Part shown: piece by piece, positions 50,196 to 62,510 of the stretch
Position numbering within the stretch: the first letter of the stretch is position 1
How the letters are laid out: each line of letters begins with the position of its first letter
Assembly: GCF_006345805.1 (NCBI RefSeq)
Contig: NC_042997.1
Coordinates: forward strand, 35,092,001 to 35,156,000
Direction of reading: 5' to 3'
Source: Octopus sinensis
Lineage: Eukaryota
Length of the DNA: 64,000 nt
Made by a program: the position numbers and the translations under genes
Notes under the pieces: model-generated
What the model saw: only the letters and a program-made list of their open reading frames with translations
What the model was told of the DNA's origin: nothing
Databases searched by the model: none

Positions 50196-51571
50196 AAAAA
50201 TAAAGAATGGAAGTTAAATGTATACCTAAGAATTGATAGCTGCAATTTGGCAAAACTTAGATGTGCTAAGCTGTCTTCCGAAGAATTTGAAACACATTCG
50301 GCGAAATGATTAGTAAGTTCCGGACAAAATTTCTATTACACAATAATGCTCATCCTTCATTGTAGACAATGCCGAAAGACATCACATGGCAGAAAAAGAT
50401 GGGTCACGGTGCGTCCGCCTGTGTTTGGTCAGGCAGATGCTAGCTCAAAAGTTCCTGCCGCAGGTCGGGCTCTGGCGGTCTGCTGGGAATGAAGGCAAGA
50501 GATACACTGACAGCCGGATTTAGCCAAACAAGCGTGGGTTTGAGTAGTCAGTACTGACGAGCCTACGACTGATAGGTGAAACGAATCTCTAGTGATTCTA
50601 GAGACGCACAAGGGGTGGTTATCTTCCATGCCAGTGTCTATATATTGCACGCTAATTGCAGCATTAAGAGTTTTTAACTCTTATTTCTTGCAATATAGGT
50701 GCTTCTGTACCCTCAGACACAATTGGTGATTCAGGGTACTGAAAAATGTAAATACAAATGCATTTATATATGTACGCACACACACACACACACAAACTCA
50801 CACACCATACACGCACCCGAAACCTTTACGCAAACACACTTACACACACTTGGACACACACACAAACACACACACACACACACAAAAATAAAGAATGGAA
50901 GTTAAATGTATACCTAAGAATTGATAGCTGCAATTTGGCAAAACTTAGATGTGCTAAGCTGTCTTCCGAAGAATTTGAAACACATTCGGCGAAATGATTA
51001 GTAAGTTCCGGACAAAATTTCTATTACACAATAATGCTCATCCTTCATTGTAGACAATGCCGAAAGACATCACATGGCAGAAAAAGATGGGTCACGGTGC
51101 GTCCGCCTGTGTTTGGTCAGGCAGATGCTAGCTCAAAAGTTCCTGCCGCAGGTCGGGCTCTGGCGGTCTGCTGGGAATGAAGGCAAGAGATACACTGACA
51201 GCCGGATTTAGCCAAACAAGCGTGGGTTTGAGTAGTCAGTACTGACGAGCCTACGACTGATAGGTGAAACGAATCTCTAGTGATTCTAGAGACGCACAAG
51301 GGGTGGTTATCTTCCATGCCAGTGTCTATATATTGCACGCTAATTGCAGCATTAAGAGTTTTTAACTCTTATTTCTTGCAATATAGGTGCTTCTGTACCC
51401 TCAGACACAATTGGTGATTCAGGGTACTGAAAAATGTAAATACAAATGCATTTATATATGTACGCACACACACACACACACAAACTCACACACCATACAC
51501 GCACCCGAAACCTTTACGCAAACACACTTACACACACTTGGACACACACACAAACACACACACACACACAA
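50196..51571. repeat. 688-bp tandem duplication bounded by (CA)n tracts
   Basis: Copies at 50196-50883 and 50884-51571 look identical; the ORF track has identical ORFs offset by 688 (50429 and 51117). Confidence 0.97.
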
Positions 51572-52139
51572 CATGCCATAAACACGCATACATACATACA
51601 CGCACATACGACTGGCTCGCAGTAGTCCCCTCACGCCTGAGTAACCTTCTTTACTAATTCCAACCGTTTGAGCATGCCGTGACTTTGCATTAGACGCATT
51701 TATGTTCTCATGTTCCTATATATTTCTCTCAAGAATTAGTAGTTTTTGACTGCTATTTCTAAATTTTCGGTGTGTGGTGAAGCAACTTTTTGCTAATCCC
51801 TTAAAATCAGTCAAAGCATAGCGATAAGTGTTCTTGACTTATGAACTCTATATCATTAGTTCAAATACTCAAATCAGTATCGCGTCGTGTCATAAAACAA
51901 TAATTTTTTAGCATTAGTTTCTCTCTATTAAGCTGTAATAGATAACACGATGGTTCTAGTAAAGTTTTTACGCCACTCCAACATTAAAATCTTGGATGCT
52001 ATTCTGGATAAAATGAGGTGGAACGTGTGAGTATCTATGTCTCTTCGTGAATATATATACACTTAGAGCAAATAGCAGAAGTGTAGTACAAACAATACTT
52101 GCTTATGAGTTAATTATTTATGAAAAAATTCTTGAAAGT

Positions 52140-52330
52140 TTATGGTCAGGATGTGGCAGGGCCTTGCACTGATGTAGCACGTCCCAGCATCTACTATTTT
52201 CGGTATTTGCTACTCATGAAAGATGACATCATTGCACCACTCACGCAACAACTCTTCAATCCAACCTTATTGTTGCTTTTATGGATTATAATATGACGGA
52301 TTGCAAATCCTGCTTTAACCTCTTTGAGTC
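52140..52330 (-). mobile_element. Possible pogo-like DDE remnant
   Basis: GWIEELLREWCNDVI..KIVDA resembles KGWM..ELM..W...VW; short and decayed. Confidence 0.3.
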
Positions 52331-52949
52331 ACCTTCTACGACACGTTTTGTTTGTCTGCATTCAGTTTTTGACCTACTGAGTGCTCAAAAACACACTCTT
52401 TCAAACATAGGCATAAGTGCGCGTGCTCACGCACACACACACACGCTCATGTATACATGCATATGCACGTGCACTTATATACATCCATTCATATCAATAT
52501 GCCTGCATCAAATTTATTCTTTTCTGTGTATGTCTTTCAGTTAGTATGTCTGCCTGTCTCTGTATGTAAGTATTTATATATGGTTGCTATATATGTATGT
52601 ACTTATACATGAATAGGATTTCAACGAATAGCAGTGTATCTGAAATACAAAATTGTAAGCGTATCCATGAACCATGGCCTTCTTAGAATGATAAGGATTA
52701 TATTTTATAAATTCGCATTATAGAAAAGAATTCTAGTCATTACATTTGCTTCGTTAGTATTTGAATCTGAAATTTATGGAAACCTTACAATAGCGTATAA
52801 TCTGAAAGATTCCCCCGGACACAGAGTATAGAACGCCGAAATATTTATCAGCTTCAATTGTTAGGAATAATTAGGTTCCGCTCTTGGAAAGTTACACACA
52901 CAAGACAAACAGACAGACATAGATTATATGTATATATTTGTGTTTGGTT

Positions 52950-53160
52950 TTACGTATGTGTTGTATATGCCCTTTACCAATGCTGCACAACAGCTTTTCG
53001 TTTGTGCACGTACCTGTGACTTAGCGGTTTGGCATAAAATGATAGAATAAATACCAGATTTAAGAAAGTGAAAAGTGGAGGCGATGTGTTCGACTAAGAC
53101 GTTCAAGGATTTACACCAGCATGGCCGGAGGCCAATGACTAATCTGACTGAAAGATAAAG
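52950..53160 (+). mobile_element. Old SINE-A-like 3' half
   Basis: GTGACTTAGCGGTTTGGCA..GATAGAATAA..TTCGACTAA..CCAGCATGGCC..GACTGAAA. Confidence 0.7.
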
Positions 53161-54075
53161 ATTATGTGTATATGTATACTTGTGTGTGGATGTATGTGTG
53201 TGAGTTTCTCTGTGTGTGTGTGTGTGTATGTGTGTGCGTGCCTTTGTGCTTAAAAACTGGAATTTGAGCTCCCATAGAACTCACTAAAAACATTATATTT
53301 ATCGAATTTATTTACAAATTTGTAGTTCATAGAGGCCATATTTTATTTGCATTCTGGCAGAAATACTTAGTGACTCCAGTCGAACAATTTTTAATCTCAA
53401 ACATTCCCACTAAAACGGCTGTTTATATATAGAATGTTATTGTAAGTTGCAGCAGCACGAAAATTTGTAAAATCCTGGCAGCTAAGCTAAACTTTTCATT
53501 CAATCTGATGTTATATTGATATACTCGATTGCTATTCTTATATCTGTTTAATTATGTTCAACAAACGTTTTTCTTGAGTTTACGAAATAATTGTGTTCTC
53601 TTGTCTTCTTTATCGGATGCTGGACACAAATTGAAATCTCTTATTCAAACAAAATCACTCAATGAATACAGTTCCTTTCTTAACGGCACTTATTTTTGGA
53701 ATAGATTCAATTCTAAGAACAAATATACGAGAAGATTGCTAGCGACTCCATTAAAAATACTGCCTCTGCTTCTATGTGTTATTTGATTTGAGTTTCTGAC
53801 GTTCATTTATAAACTTTACAAACTCACAATAAAGATTAGTACAAATTGTAAATCTTCCATTATGGACGGCGCTGACAGAACATTCTACACGAAGTGAAAT
53901 ACAATTAAAAAATAAAAATAAAAAGCAAACAAAACAAAGTGAAACAGAATGAGAAATATCAGCTACATCCCACAGCGCGATTGCGTGAGTACATATAACA
54001 TTTACTCGATCATCTCCCTTTGAAAATACTTCTTTATAGACTAGAAAAACGAAAAAACGAAATACAAGAAATCAG

Positions 54076-54128
<53 letters not shown>

Positions 54129-54409
54129 GAATGTATGTGTATATGCATATGTATGTGCATGTATGTATGTGTATAAATGTATGTGCGTAGAGTATGTACA
54201 CATATGCACATACACAAAAATACACCCATACATACACATGATACTTTTTATCGACTATAAAGCCAATAATATTCACAAAATTCCTATTTTCTAGACCTTC
54301 AACAAAATAACTTTTTATTTAACTTCTTTCGCAGTTACAGTAACGAAAAGACGACACACAAATTGTTAATAACGAAAAGTTAATTACGAAGAATAATAAG
54401 AGAAGGTTA

Positions 54410-54530
54410 CTCGCGAATGACAAATAAGATGGCGGTGTATTGACGTTAACGCGGGTTACCTTCTAGTCTATTTTGCAACGTTTCGAAAACCCTTTTGAGG
54501 GGTTGCCAGCGCTTGATATGACGTAGTAAA
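54410..54530. promoter_or_regulatory. Candidate promoter patch
   Basis: YY1-type AAGATGGCGG (54426-54435), two TGACGT half-CREs (54441, 54519) and local CpG retention. Motif evidence only. Confidence 0.3.
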
Positions 54531-56599
54531 GCAACTTATCCGATGCATTCTTATTGATGGTATGTTACGTTACGTATACAGAAGATGAAGACAGTGGTCA
54601 TAGCGCTAGTTTTCTAATAAATAACGAATCATTTACAATTGTACTCGAAGATATTGTGTGATTCCTCAGCTACAAGTCATGTTAGAATTACACACTTGCC
54701 TTCAGAACACACCCGATGCGGACTATGACCAGATTACAAAGTTAGAAAAGAGACCCGATATAAAAAATGTACAGGTGATGTATGTAATTACCAGTCTACC
54801 ACAGGGTAATTGCCAACGCAAGTTCCCACTATTTGCCTATTACAGATTGCAGCTGAATCTTCATTAACTGATATCCTTTTCAATAAGGAGAGCATTCTAT
54901 CTATAATTTAGCCCACGAGTCCCCGAAATATATGGGGTGGCAACTACAATGTCTGCTCAAACAGGATTAGTTTGTGTTTTGCAAGTATATATATATATGT
55001 GTATTTCTACACTTATAGTTGTCCCCATATGTACATGATAGCAAAGTACTTTGAAAAATGCTTGACTATACAAATTTGAAAGATGCTTGACTATACAATT
55101 TTTTTTATTTCTACAGCTTCCTAAAGAGTCGCGAGCAGTTAGTTACAATGACATTGAGGAAAAAGGACATGCATGTAATATACGTTTCTGAAATATAATT
55201 GAAAAATAAAGAAAAAGAGGATATAAAGTCTGAAGACAAAAATCACGGGAACATCCAGGCGATTCTTGTGTAGCAAAATGTGAACTTTTACATTAGCAAA
55301 CCTAGTTTCTATGATGTGAAATTTGCTTGATACACTTATCATGGGCCAGCATGTATGTATACTCATGTACGTATGCATATCTACAAGCACGCAGGTTACA
55401 AATTTAGAAAAGATAACAGAAGAAAGTGTAAAAATTATTGAATTCTCTGGGGTTTTTTTCCCGAGTCATTATACTATATGTTAAAACATCTCTAGATTAA
55501 GTAAGTCTTTAGCAACCATGCTGGAATATTGAATAGACTTAGATTTCATTAAGTCCGAAATTCACATTTCAGCTGGCGGTAAACCATGTATGTTTATTAA
55601 ACATAGGATTGTAATTTCGTTTACAAACTAAATGTCTATAACCCTGTGCGGATATTCACTTGCATCGTCAACTTTACATCAATATTTAGATCTGATCAGT
55701 AAGCAAACCCAGACAGGATGTTAAAAGTTATCGAAACTGAATCTAATTTTCCCACGGTGGCTTTGTTCCCAGTAAGACTAAGTATGTGTTTACTCGACGT
55801 ACTATTAGAACTGTGTTCAGAAATAAGAAAAGAAATAGTTGAGGTGGTGATCCATTTAATGCGTGTGTATTTTTGTATTTGTGTATAATATACACAAAGT
55901 AAGAAAACGGATAGATAGTATATTATATACACAGTTATGAAAACAGAAAAGGATTTTTCGCTGAATAACATTGCCCTGGTTTTCATTATTTACAAGCTTA
56001 GGTTTTTATCTCTACATATCATTTTGTTAATAGCCATAACATGTGCTTAGATGAATATTTACTTGATGTGAGACTGTTGCTGGGCCATAAGAAACCACGT
56101 GAAATTTGCCTCACCAATCATGACCGGTCTCATCTGGTCTTTGATCATGTGTTCCTGTGTGTGTGTGTGTGGGTGAGTGAGTGTGTGTGTGTGTGTGTGT
56201 GTGAGTGAGTGTGTGTAGCACGTGTGTAGGCGCGCGCGTATGCGGATATGTGTCAAAGTCGCTGTGAACTTAGATTTGACACTAAAATAACAACAAAAGC
56301 AAGAAGTGTAAAAGAATGATAAAATGGAATGACAAAGAAAAAAAAGGAAAAGAAAACAAAAAAAAAAGTAGCTTCAGATTGACGAGGAAAAAGAAAGAGA
56401 CGACAGAAAGTTAACAATTTGGTGAGTGAACACAGAGAACTTCACCAAAGAATCAACTGAGAGAAAAGAATAATAAAGAACATGTAAGATCAAAGTTTAA
56501 TAGAAATTAGTAAATGGAAAAAGAATAAAATGCCATAAAAAGGAAGAGAAGCAGATGGGAGGGAAATGAACGTAAATTAACAACAGTGTATAATAAAGT

Positions 56600-56600
56600 A

Positions 56601-56682
<82 letters not shown>
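56600..56682. repeat. Pure (CTA)n microsatellite
   Basis: Direct inspection. Confidence 0.98.
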
Positions 56683-57290
56683 ATCGTGCATTCTTTGTAA
56701 GTCACTTCTGTTTTTTGATCGCATTGAAGAGTCAACAAACGGAGAGGATTAGGCACTGAGTCAATACTGCTTACTTTGTTGATTTATGAAAAGTCAGAAT
56801 ATTGCAAGATACTAAAGGCTTATCTGCTAGGATTAGGTCAGAAGAGGAGAATCGATCGATTTAGTTTTATATTGTACCAGCCAATACAGGTTGAGATATT
56901 CACTACAAAGTCAGTCAACTGGAAAAAATTCCAAGAATAAACCTTTTAGTTCTTTTTCTTTTCTTTTTTTGATCAACAAAAGTATTGATATTTTTGGTTT
57001 AATAAATGCTTTCTGTTGGCTGTTAAAGAAAGAAGGTACACGGAATTAAAGCAACCAAGAGATAAAAGATTGCTACAACTTAATATGTATGCATGTCGAG
57101 AAGTAGTTTGACCTTGCATGTTTCCAAGAACGAACTGCTGTGAAGGAATGATGGTAGTTGTGTCTCGTTATTATCTCGGAAGGAGAAGTCAACTAACGTA
57201 TTTTCTCAACAATTCTCGTCTATAATATTATATGAATATCAATAGCATACAATATATTCTTGAATGTGTTCAATTATATATCGGTTTTGT

Positions 57291-57672
57291 GGAGGCGCAA
57301 TGGCCCAGTGGTTAGGGCAGCGGACTCGCGGTCATAGGATCGCGGTTTCGATTCCCAGACCGGGCGTTGTGAGTGTTTATTGAGCGAAAACACCTAAAGC
57401 TCCACGAGGCTCCGGCAGGGGATGGTGGTGATCCCTGCTGTAATCTTTCACCACAACTTTCTCTCACTCTTACTTCCTGTTTCTGTTGTACCTGTATTTC
57501 AAAGGGCCAGCCTTGTCACTCTCTGTGTCACGCTGAATATCTCTGAGAACTAAGTTAAGGGTACACGTGTCTGTGGAGTGCTCAGCCACTTACACGTTAA
57601 TTTCACGAGCAGGCTGTTCCGTTGATTCGGATCAACCGGAACTCTCATCGTCGTAACCGACGGAGTGCTTCC
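57291..57672 (+). mobile_element. SINE family C, full length, perfect 15-bp TSD
   Basis: A box TGGCCCAGTGG, B box GGTTTCGATTCCC, GACTCGCGGTC anticodon-like arm (Arg-like, as in the published octopus OR SINEs; assignment unverified). ATATATCGGTTTTGT at 57276-57290 and 57673-57687. Confidence 0.96.
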
Positions 57673-58284
57673 ATATATCGGTTTTGTAAACTTCTTCACG
57701 TAACAAAATCTCAGATTGTGTCTTCATTTCTACTGCTTTGGTTATGTTCTAAGTCACATATCTTCAATAATGTGTCGAGAGGAAAACGCCAGGAGAGCTT
57801 TCTAAATAATGCATACACACTGTGCTCTCAAATATGCAATATAATGAAACTTGAAGCCTCTATTAACTGAGATTTTCTATCAATTAGTTCACAAAAGTTC
57901 TTCGGGTGACGTTTCTAAATTACGAACAGCAAGCAAGGGAGTCAGATACAATGAAATCAATTAACTGGAATTTTTCGAATATACAGAAAATGCTGAATGT
58001 AAGTCAATATGATCCTTTAATACGATGGAAACAGAAACAGCAGTTATATTTATATATTGCGACGTTATTAGACATCGTGAGTGAAGCCATTACTGAATGC
58101 TGGAAAATATTTTGAGTATTATCAAACGGCTTATGCGCTCAGTCTGTCATGTATACACACAGTCACACAGTAGTCAATAATAGTTTTGTAGTTAGATAGT
58201 GTCCGCATCAGAGTCAGAGAAAAGAAAACAGTGAGTGTACTTGTGTGTGAGTGTGTGTATGTGTGTGTGTACATGTATGTCTCC

Positions 58285-58415
58285 CTCTCTCCCTCTTTCT
58301 CTCTGTCTATCTATCTAGCTATCTATCTGTCTGCCTGTCTGTCTCCCTCTTTCGCTATCTATCTGTTTATCAATCTATCAATCTGTCTGTCTGTCTGTCT
58401 CTATATCTCTCTCTC
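58285..58415. repeat. TC/TCTA/TCTG compound repeat
   Basis: Direct inspection. Confidence 0.9.
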
Positions 58416-59719
58416 TATGGTTGCTATTTCTAGAAAGTTCAGTATTTGGCAAAGTAATTTATTTTATTAAGCCCTAATTATGTAATGTAATATTTTGAAT
58501 ACGCCTTAAATGGTCCTTTTACATACTGAACACTACTTGGTGAAATTGGTTAATAACTAATTAATTTTACCCTCAATTATTGATATATATATATATATAT
58601 ATACACACACAGATAGACACCTATGAAATTTGAAAGTGGTAAAACAGTTTTAGCTTCTACATTACAGTTTAGAAATAAAGGCGGGTAAAATTGGAAACAA
58701 CGGTTTTAGAATTTCTCTCTGATTATAGTAATCCCACTTTGAAATCCTCTATCGACAGAAAAGAACTAACGCTGCTCCAATCTACTGATGCATTTTGGGA
58801 TAGCATATTAATTGCGACACATCAGCCAATTAGCGCTACAAAACTCACGTATGTCACTGATAGACAGATTTGATATATCGTTAATCCTTAAATCTCAAAT
58901 TTCTCTATCTCCATCTGTTGGCAGTTACAACGAATATTGTTATTGGTAACTACCCTTATAAACTGAGATTGAGCTGACATACGGTGTGTGTGCACTGTGT
59001 TTACAACTTACTTTGTATAAGCGTAGGGCGCTTAACAACTGCTAATGCTGTGCAGTTTACTCCGAACGTATGGGATAATGTCCACAGTCCAAATTGTCGA
59101 AAGCAGGTAAAGAGTATTATGGGATATTCAACAACGGCAACCACCTAGATTTCGATATGAAAAATCTTGTTCCCACAGTATATATTCTGTTCTCTCGTTT
59201 ACTGTCACTTTTTATCTCCCTCAACTCCCCCAGTTACTGACAAAAATGTCACGGCCGAGTGAACTATTTATAACACATAGAAGAAAGTTGAATGCTGGAG
59301 TCTATTTTTGTGCAACACTTTGAGGTCCTACCGAATACTGCCAAAGCCGACAGCGGAATTAAATGTTTCATGGAAAGTACAGATACAGCAAAACAGGAAA
59401 TGGAAATGCTAACGATTAGAAACATATAAAAAAGTATCTAATGGATAAAGGCTCTGCCCCAGGCTTTAATAGATTCTGACTTAATAATCATCCCTCTAAG
59501 AATGTTTGTCCCTAAGCAATAATATACGCTTTCTAATGCATTGAACTCTTAGTAATATTACGGGAATTAATCGACTGATCACTGAGAACGGGCTGCATAT
59601 TTACGTAATCTTCACTAAAAAATATTACCATCAGGTAATCTATACCCATAAGGAAAACAATGCTTCAATACTAGTTAAGTAAAACACCCACATTATGGGC
59701 ATAAGGTAATAGGCATAAT

Positions 59720-60560
59720 TTGGGAATCACAGAACATATATTAATGGGATTGGATCATAATAACAGTTCTGGCAAAATAATTGTTTGAAACAAATCAAAA
59801 GAAACTGTTTTAGGAACTATACGGGTAAATACACGAGTGGCTGCAGGAAATTCAAGATAGAATCAGAAGTATAGAAGTCCAAGCAGACATTGAGATAACT
59901 ACAGAAATGATAACAGAGTATTTAAGAAAATTTCCAAATTGGAAGAGCCAAGGACCGGATGGGGTCTAAGGTTATTGGATGAAGAATCTGGCAGGGCCCC
60001 ATGAAAGGATAGCACAACAGCTAGATGAGTGCTTGCAGGAAGGTGCAGTACCCAGCTGGATGACAAAGGGAAATACATTGTAATGCCCCAAGGATCCTGA
60101 AAATGGAAATTTTGCATCCAACATTAGACCAATAACATGTCTTCCGCTAATGTTATAACTAATGTCAGGAGCTTTGGCTGCTGAGCTGTACAGATACTTG
60201 GAGATGCTAACCATTGAACAGAAAGGGTGCTAAAAAGGGAAGCGGAGAACGAAGGATCAGCTGTTAATTGATAATCTAATTATCAGGATCTGTAAGAGAA
60301 GACATAGGAACCTGAGCATGGCCTGGGTTGACTATCGCAAAACATAGATATGCTACAACACTCCTGGATAATAAGAACAATGGATATGTATGGAGTACCA
60401 GAGAATATGGGAAACCTTATATAGAAGGACATGACATTGTGGAGAGCGGAATTGACAGCAGGGAAGCAAGTACAATTAGAAGTGAAAATCGAGAAAGGAA
60501 TCTTTCAGGTGACAGTGTGACCTCACTGATATTCGTGCTTGGAATGATCTCCTTGAGGGA
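59720..60560 (+). mobile_element. R4/Dong-clade reverse transcriptase remnant
   Basis: [81 protein letters not shown]; several stops and frameshifts. Confidence 0.93.
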
Positions 60561-62064
60561 TTCTAACTGGGCCCCTCCTGGAATGTCATGCGCTGTTTAT
60601 ATTGATATGTGATCACCATGTCGTGCACATATGCTTGTGGTGTTCCCTTATCAGACGGGCATTCATGATTGGTACACTGGTTCGAATGTCTTACCCCTGT
60701 GTCTCTTTGATGGCATTCACAGCTCTCTCACTAAATAATTTTATTTGCTTTCAGTGTATGTAGGTCCCAACACAGTCGTATCTGTGAATATATTTGCTTT
60801 CTATATCCATAGCAACCACATTTCAAGTGATTCAAAGACAAAAGACCTATGGTAGACATTTCCACATAACGTTGAAAATATGAATATAAAATTACTAGCG
60901 ACCAGGCAGCACATAATAACTCTATCATTAATTTTCTGTTGAAAAATGACAACTGTATACTTATTTATTTTCATAGCGATACTAAATGAATTTAATGTGG
61001 TGCCTTAAAAGTGTACTGATATAACTTTTTATTGAAAATACGATATTTTTATAATTGGTAAAGGTGGAGTGATATACTTCAGTAAAGATCCAGTAAATAG
61101 TAGAAGCAGTAGGATTTGTACATACTGATAACATACACAGAGTTGTTAAACATGAATACCTGTTGAATAGTTTTCGAGATATACTCAATTATTGTTTTAA
61201 AATTGGAATACTTTGATGTACTTCGTAATCGACAACTAATAAGAGCATTAATAATAATAATGATGTTTGTAGGAAAACTAGTATTCAGTCTGGTATTACT
61301 GGATTAAAATTATACCAGTTAAAAATGCGGTTATAAATCCAGCTGGTGTGGTGTAGAAATATACCTTTGAAGATACACATTTTCATACCAGAAAATATCA
61401 GCATTTCTAAACATTTCGAATAAATAATCGCAAACGGTTTGTTAACATTGCGTATTTCGTGTATTTTTTAAGCTAGAACTTGTTTCCATCTTCACCTAAC
61501 AATTTAATCTTTCGTTATTTACGAGTATGTACCTGGAATTTTGAAAAACCCCTTCAGTGTGTCCTGTTCCAAGCAAAGGAAACCCCCTTTGACTTAGTTA
61601 GCTATAAGCCTGATGCTATCACCTCTTGCCTCTCTAGAGTAAGCGAGGCAGTCACTAAAAGTGACATTTCAGATACCATAAATCTATCTCCGGTCATTTC
61701 TATCACTACTATAATGGCATATATTCCTCGGTGCTTGCTGGGCTCGTGCCATCACCACTCATGCAGTCATATTCCACTTATTATTCTATTTCTCATCTAC
61801 CTTCATGCATCCAAAACCCTTGTTCCATATTAACCAATATGCATGGCCTCTTCTGTCTATTTGCATTAATCTTCATGTTATCACAAAAGCAGCCTTGCGT
61901 TCAGAGTAGAGACTATCATGTTGCATCGTCTAAAGTCACCTTTCCTCCAGTTCTTTAATCGCACACTGAAAACAGTTCTTGTCCTCTGAGGCGAAGAACA
62001 CCTTCACCGAATTGTCCACCTCCTCTTGGTGATGAAACCTTACGGACGCAGGAAGTGAGCCATC

Positions 62065-62510
62065 GATCGGGACGAGTAGTAATCCGATGGATGTATTTTC
62101 TCGCAATCCTAATGTGCATACGTAAGCAATGTTTAAGGAAGGGTCAGCTTTCGGAACATTTCATCAGAATAACCTTTTTGAGCACAAGGTGATGCTCTTC
62201 ATCTTGTAGGATTATGAGGGGACAGTTCACTTGAAGTTCGTTGCGGACTTTCGAATCATCGATGGCAACCCGTACTCAGAAGAGCTGGAGCGGATGTATG
62301 CAATTGTGCAGCGAAAGTACCCGATATAGGTTAACAGGAAGCGAGTTTCTCTTGCACTTGTAATGCTTTCCCAACCAAGAGGAGGTGGAATTTCAGTGTA
62401 GTTCTTCGTTTCAAAGTACAAGAACTGGTATCAGCGTCGGATCGAAGAACTGGCAGAAAGGCGGCTTCAGACGGTGCAAGACGATGGCCTCTACTTTGAA
62501 TGTTAGGATA
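62065..62510 (+). mobile_element. Mariner transposase remnant, internally deleted
   Basis: RKQ.LRKGQ, KVMLFIL*DYEGTVH..YSEELERMYAIVQRKYP..VNRKRV, then KNWYQRRIEELAERRLQTVQDDGLYFEC* (mariner C-terminus). Confidence 0.87.

Noticed and set aside
56063-56154. Possible 92-nt minus-strand exon (CAG|EHMIKDQMRPVMIGEANFTWFLMAQQQSHIK|GTAAAT)
   Set aside because: The acceptor is just a CA repeat, the opposite strand also has an open frame, and I recognise no homolog or partner exon. Needs RNA-seq.
57291-57365. tRNA-like heads (also 34650, 36429, 11309)
   Set aside because: No complete cloverleaf or acceptor stem, and they continue into SINE bodies; not tRNA genes.
58691-58873. 60-aa ORF with a good downstream GTATGT donor
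   Set aside because: Nearby upstream acceptors introduce in-frame stops.
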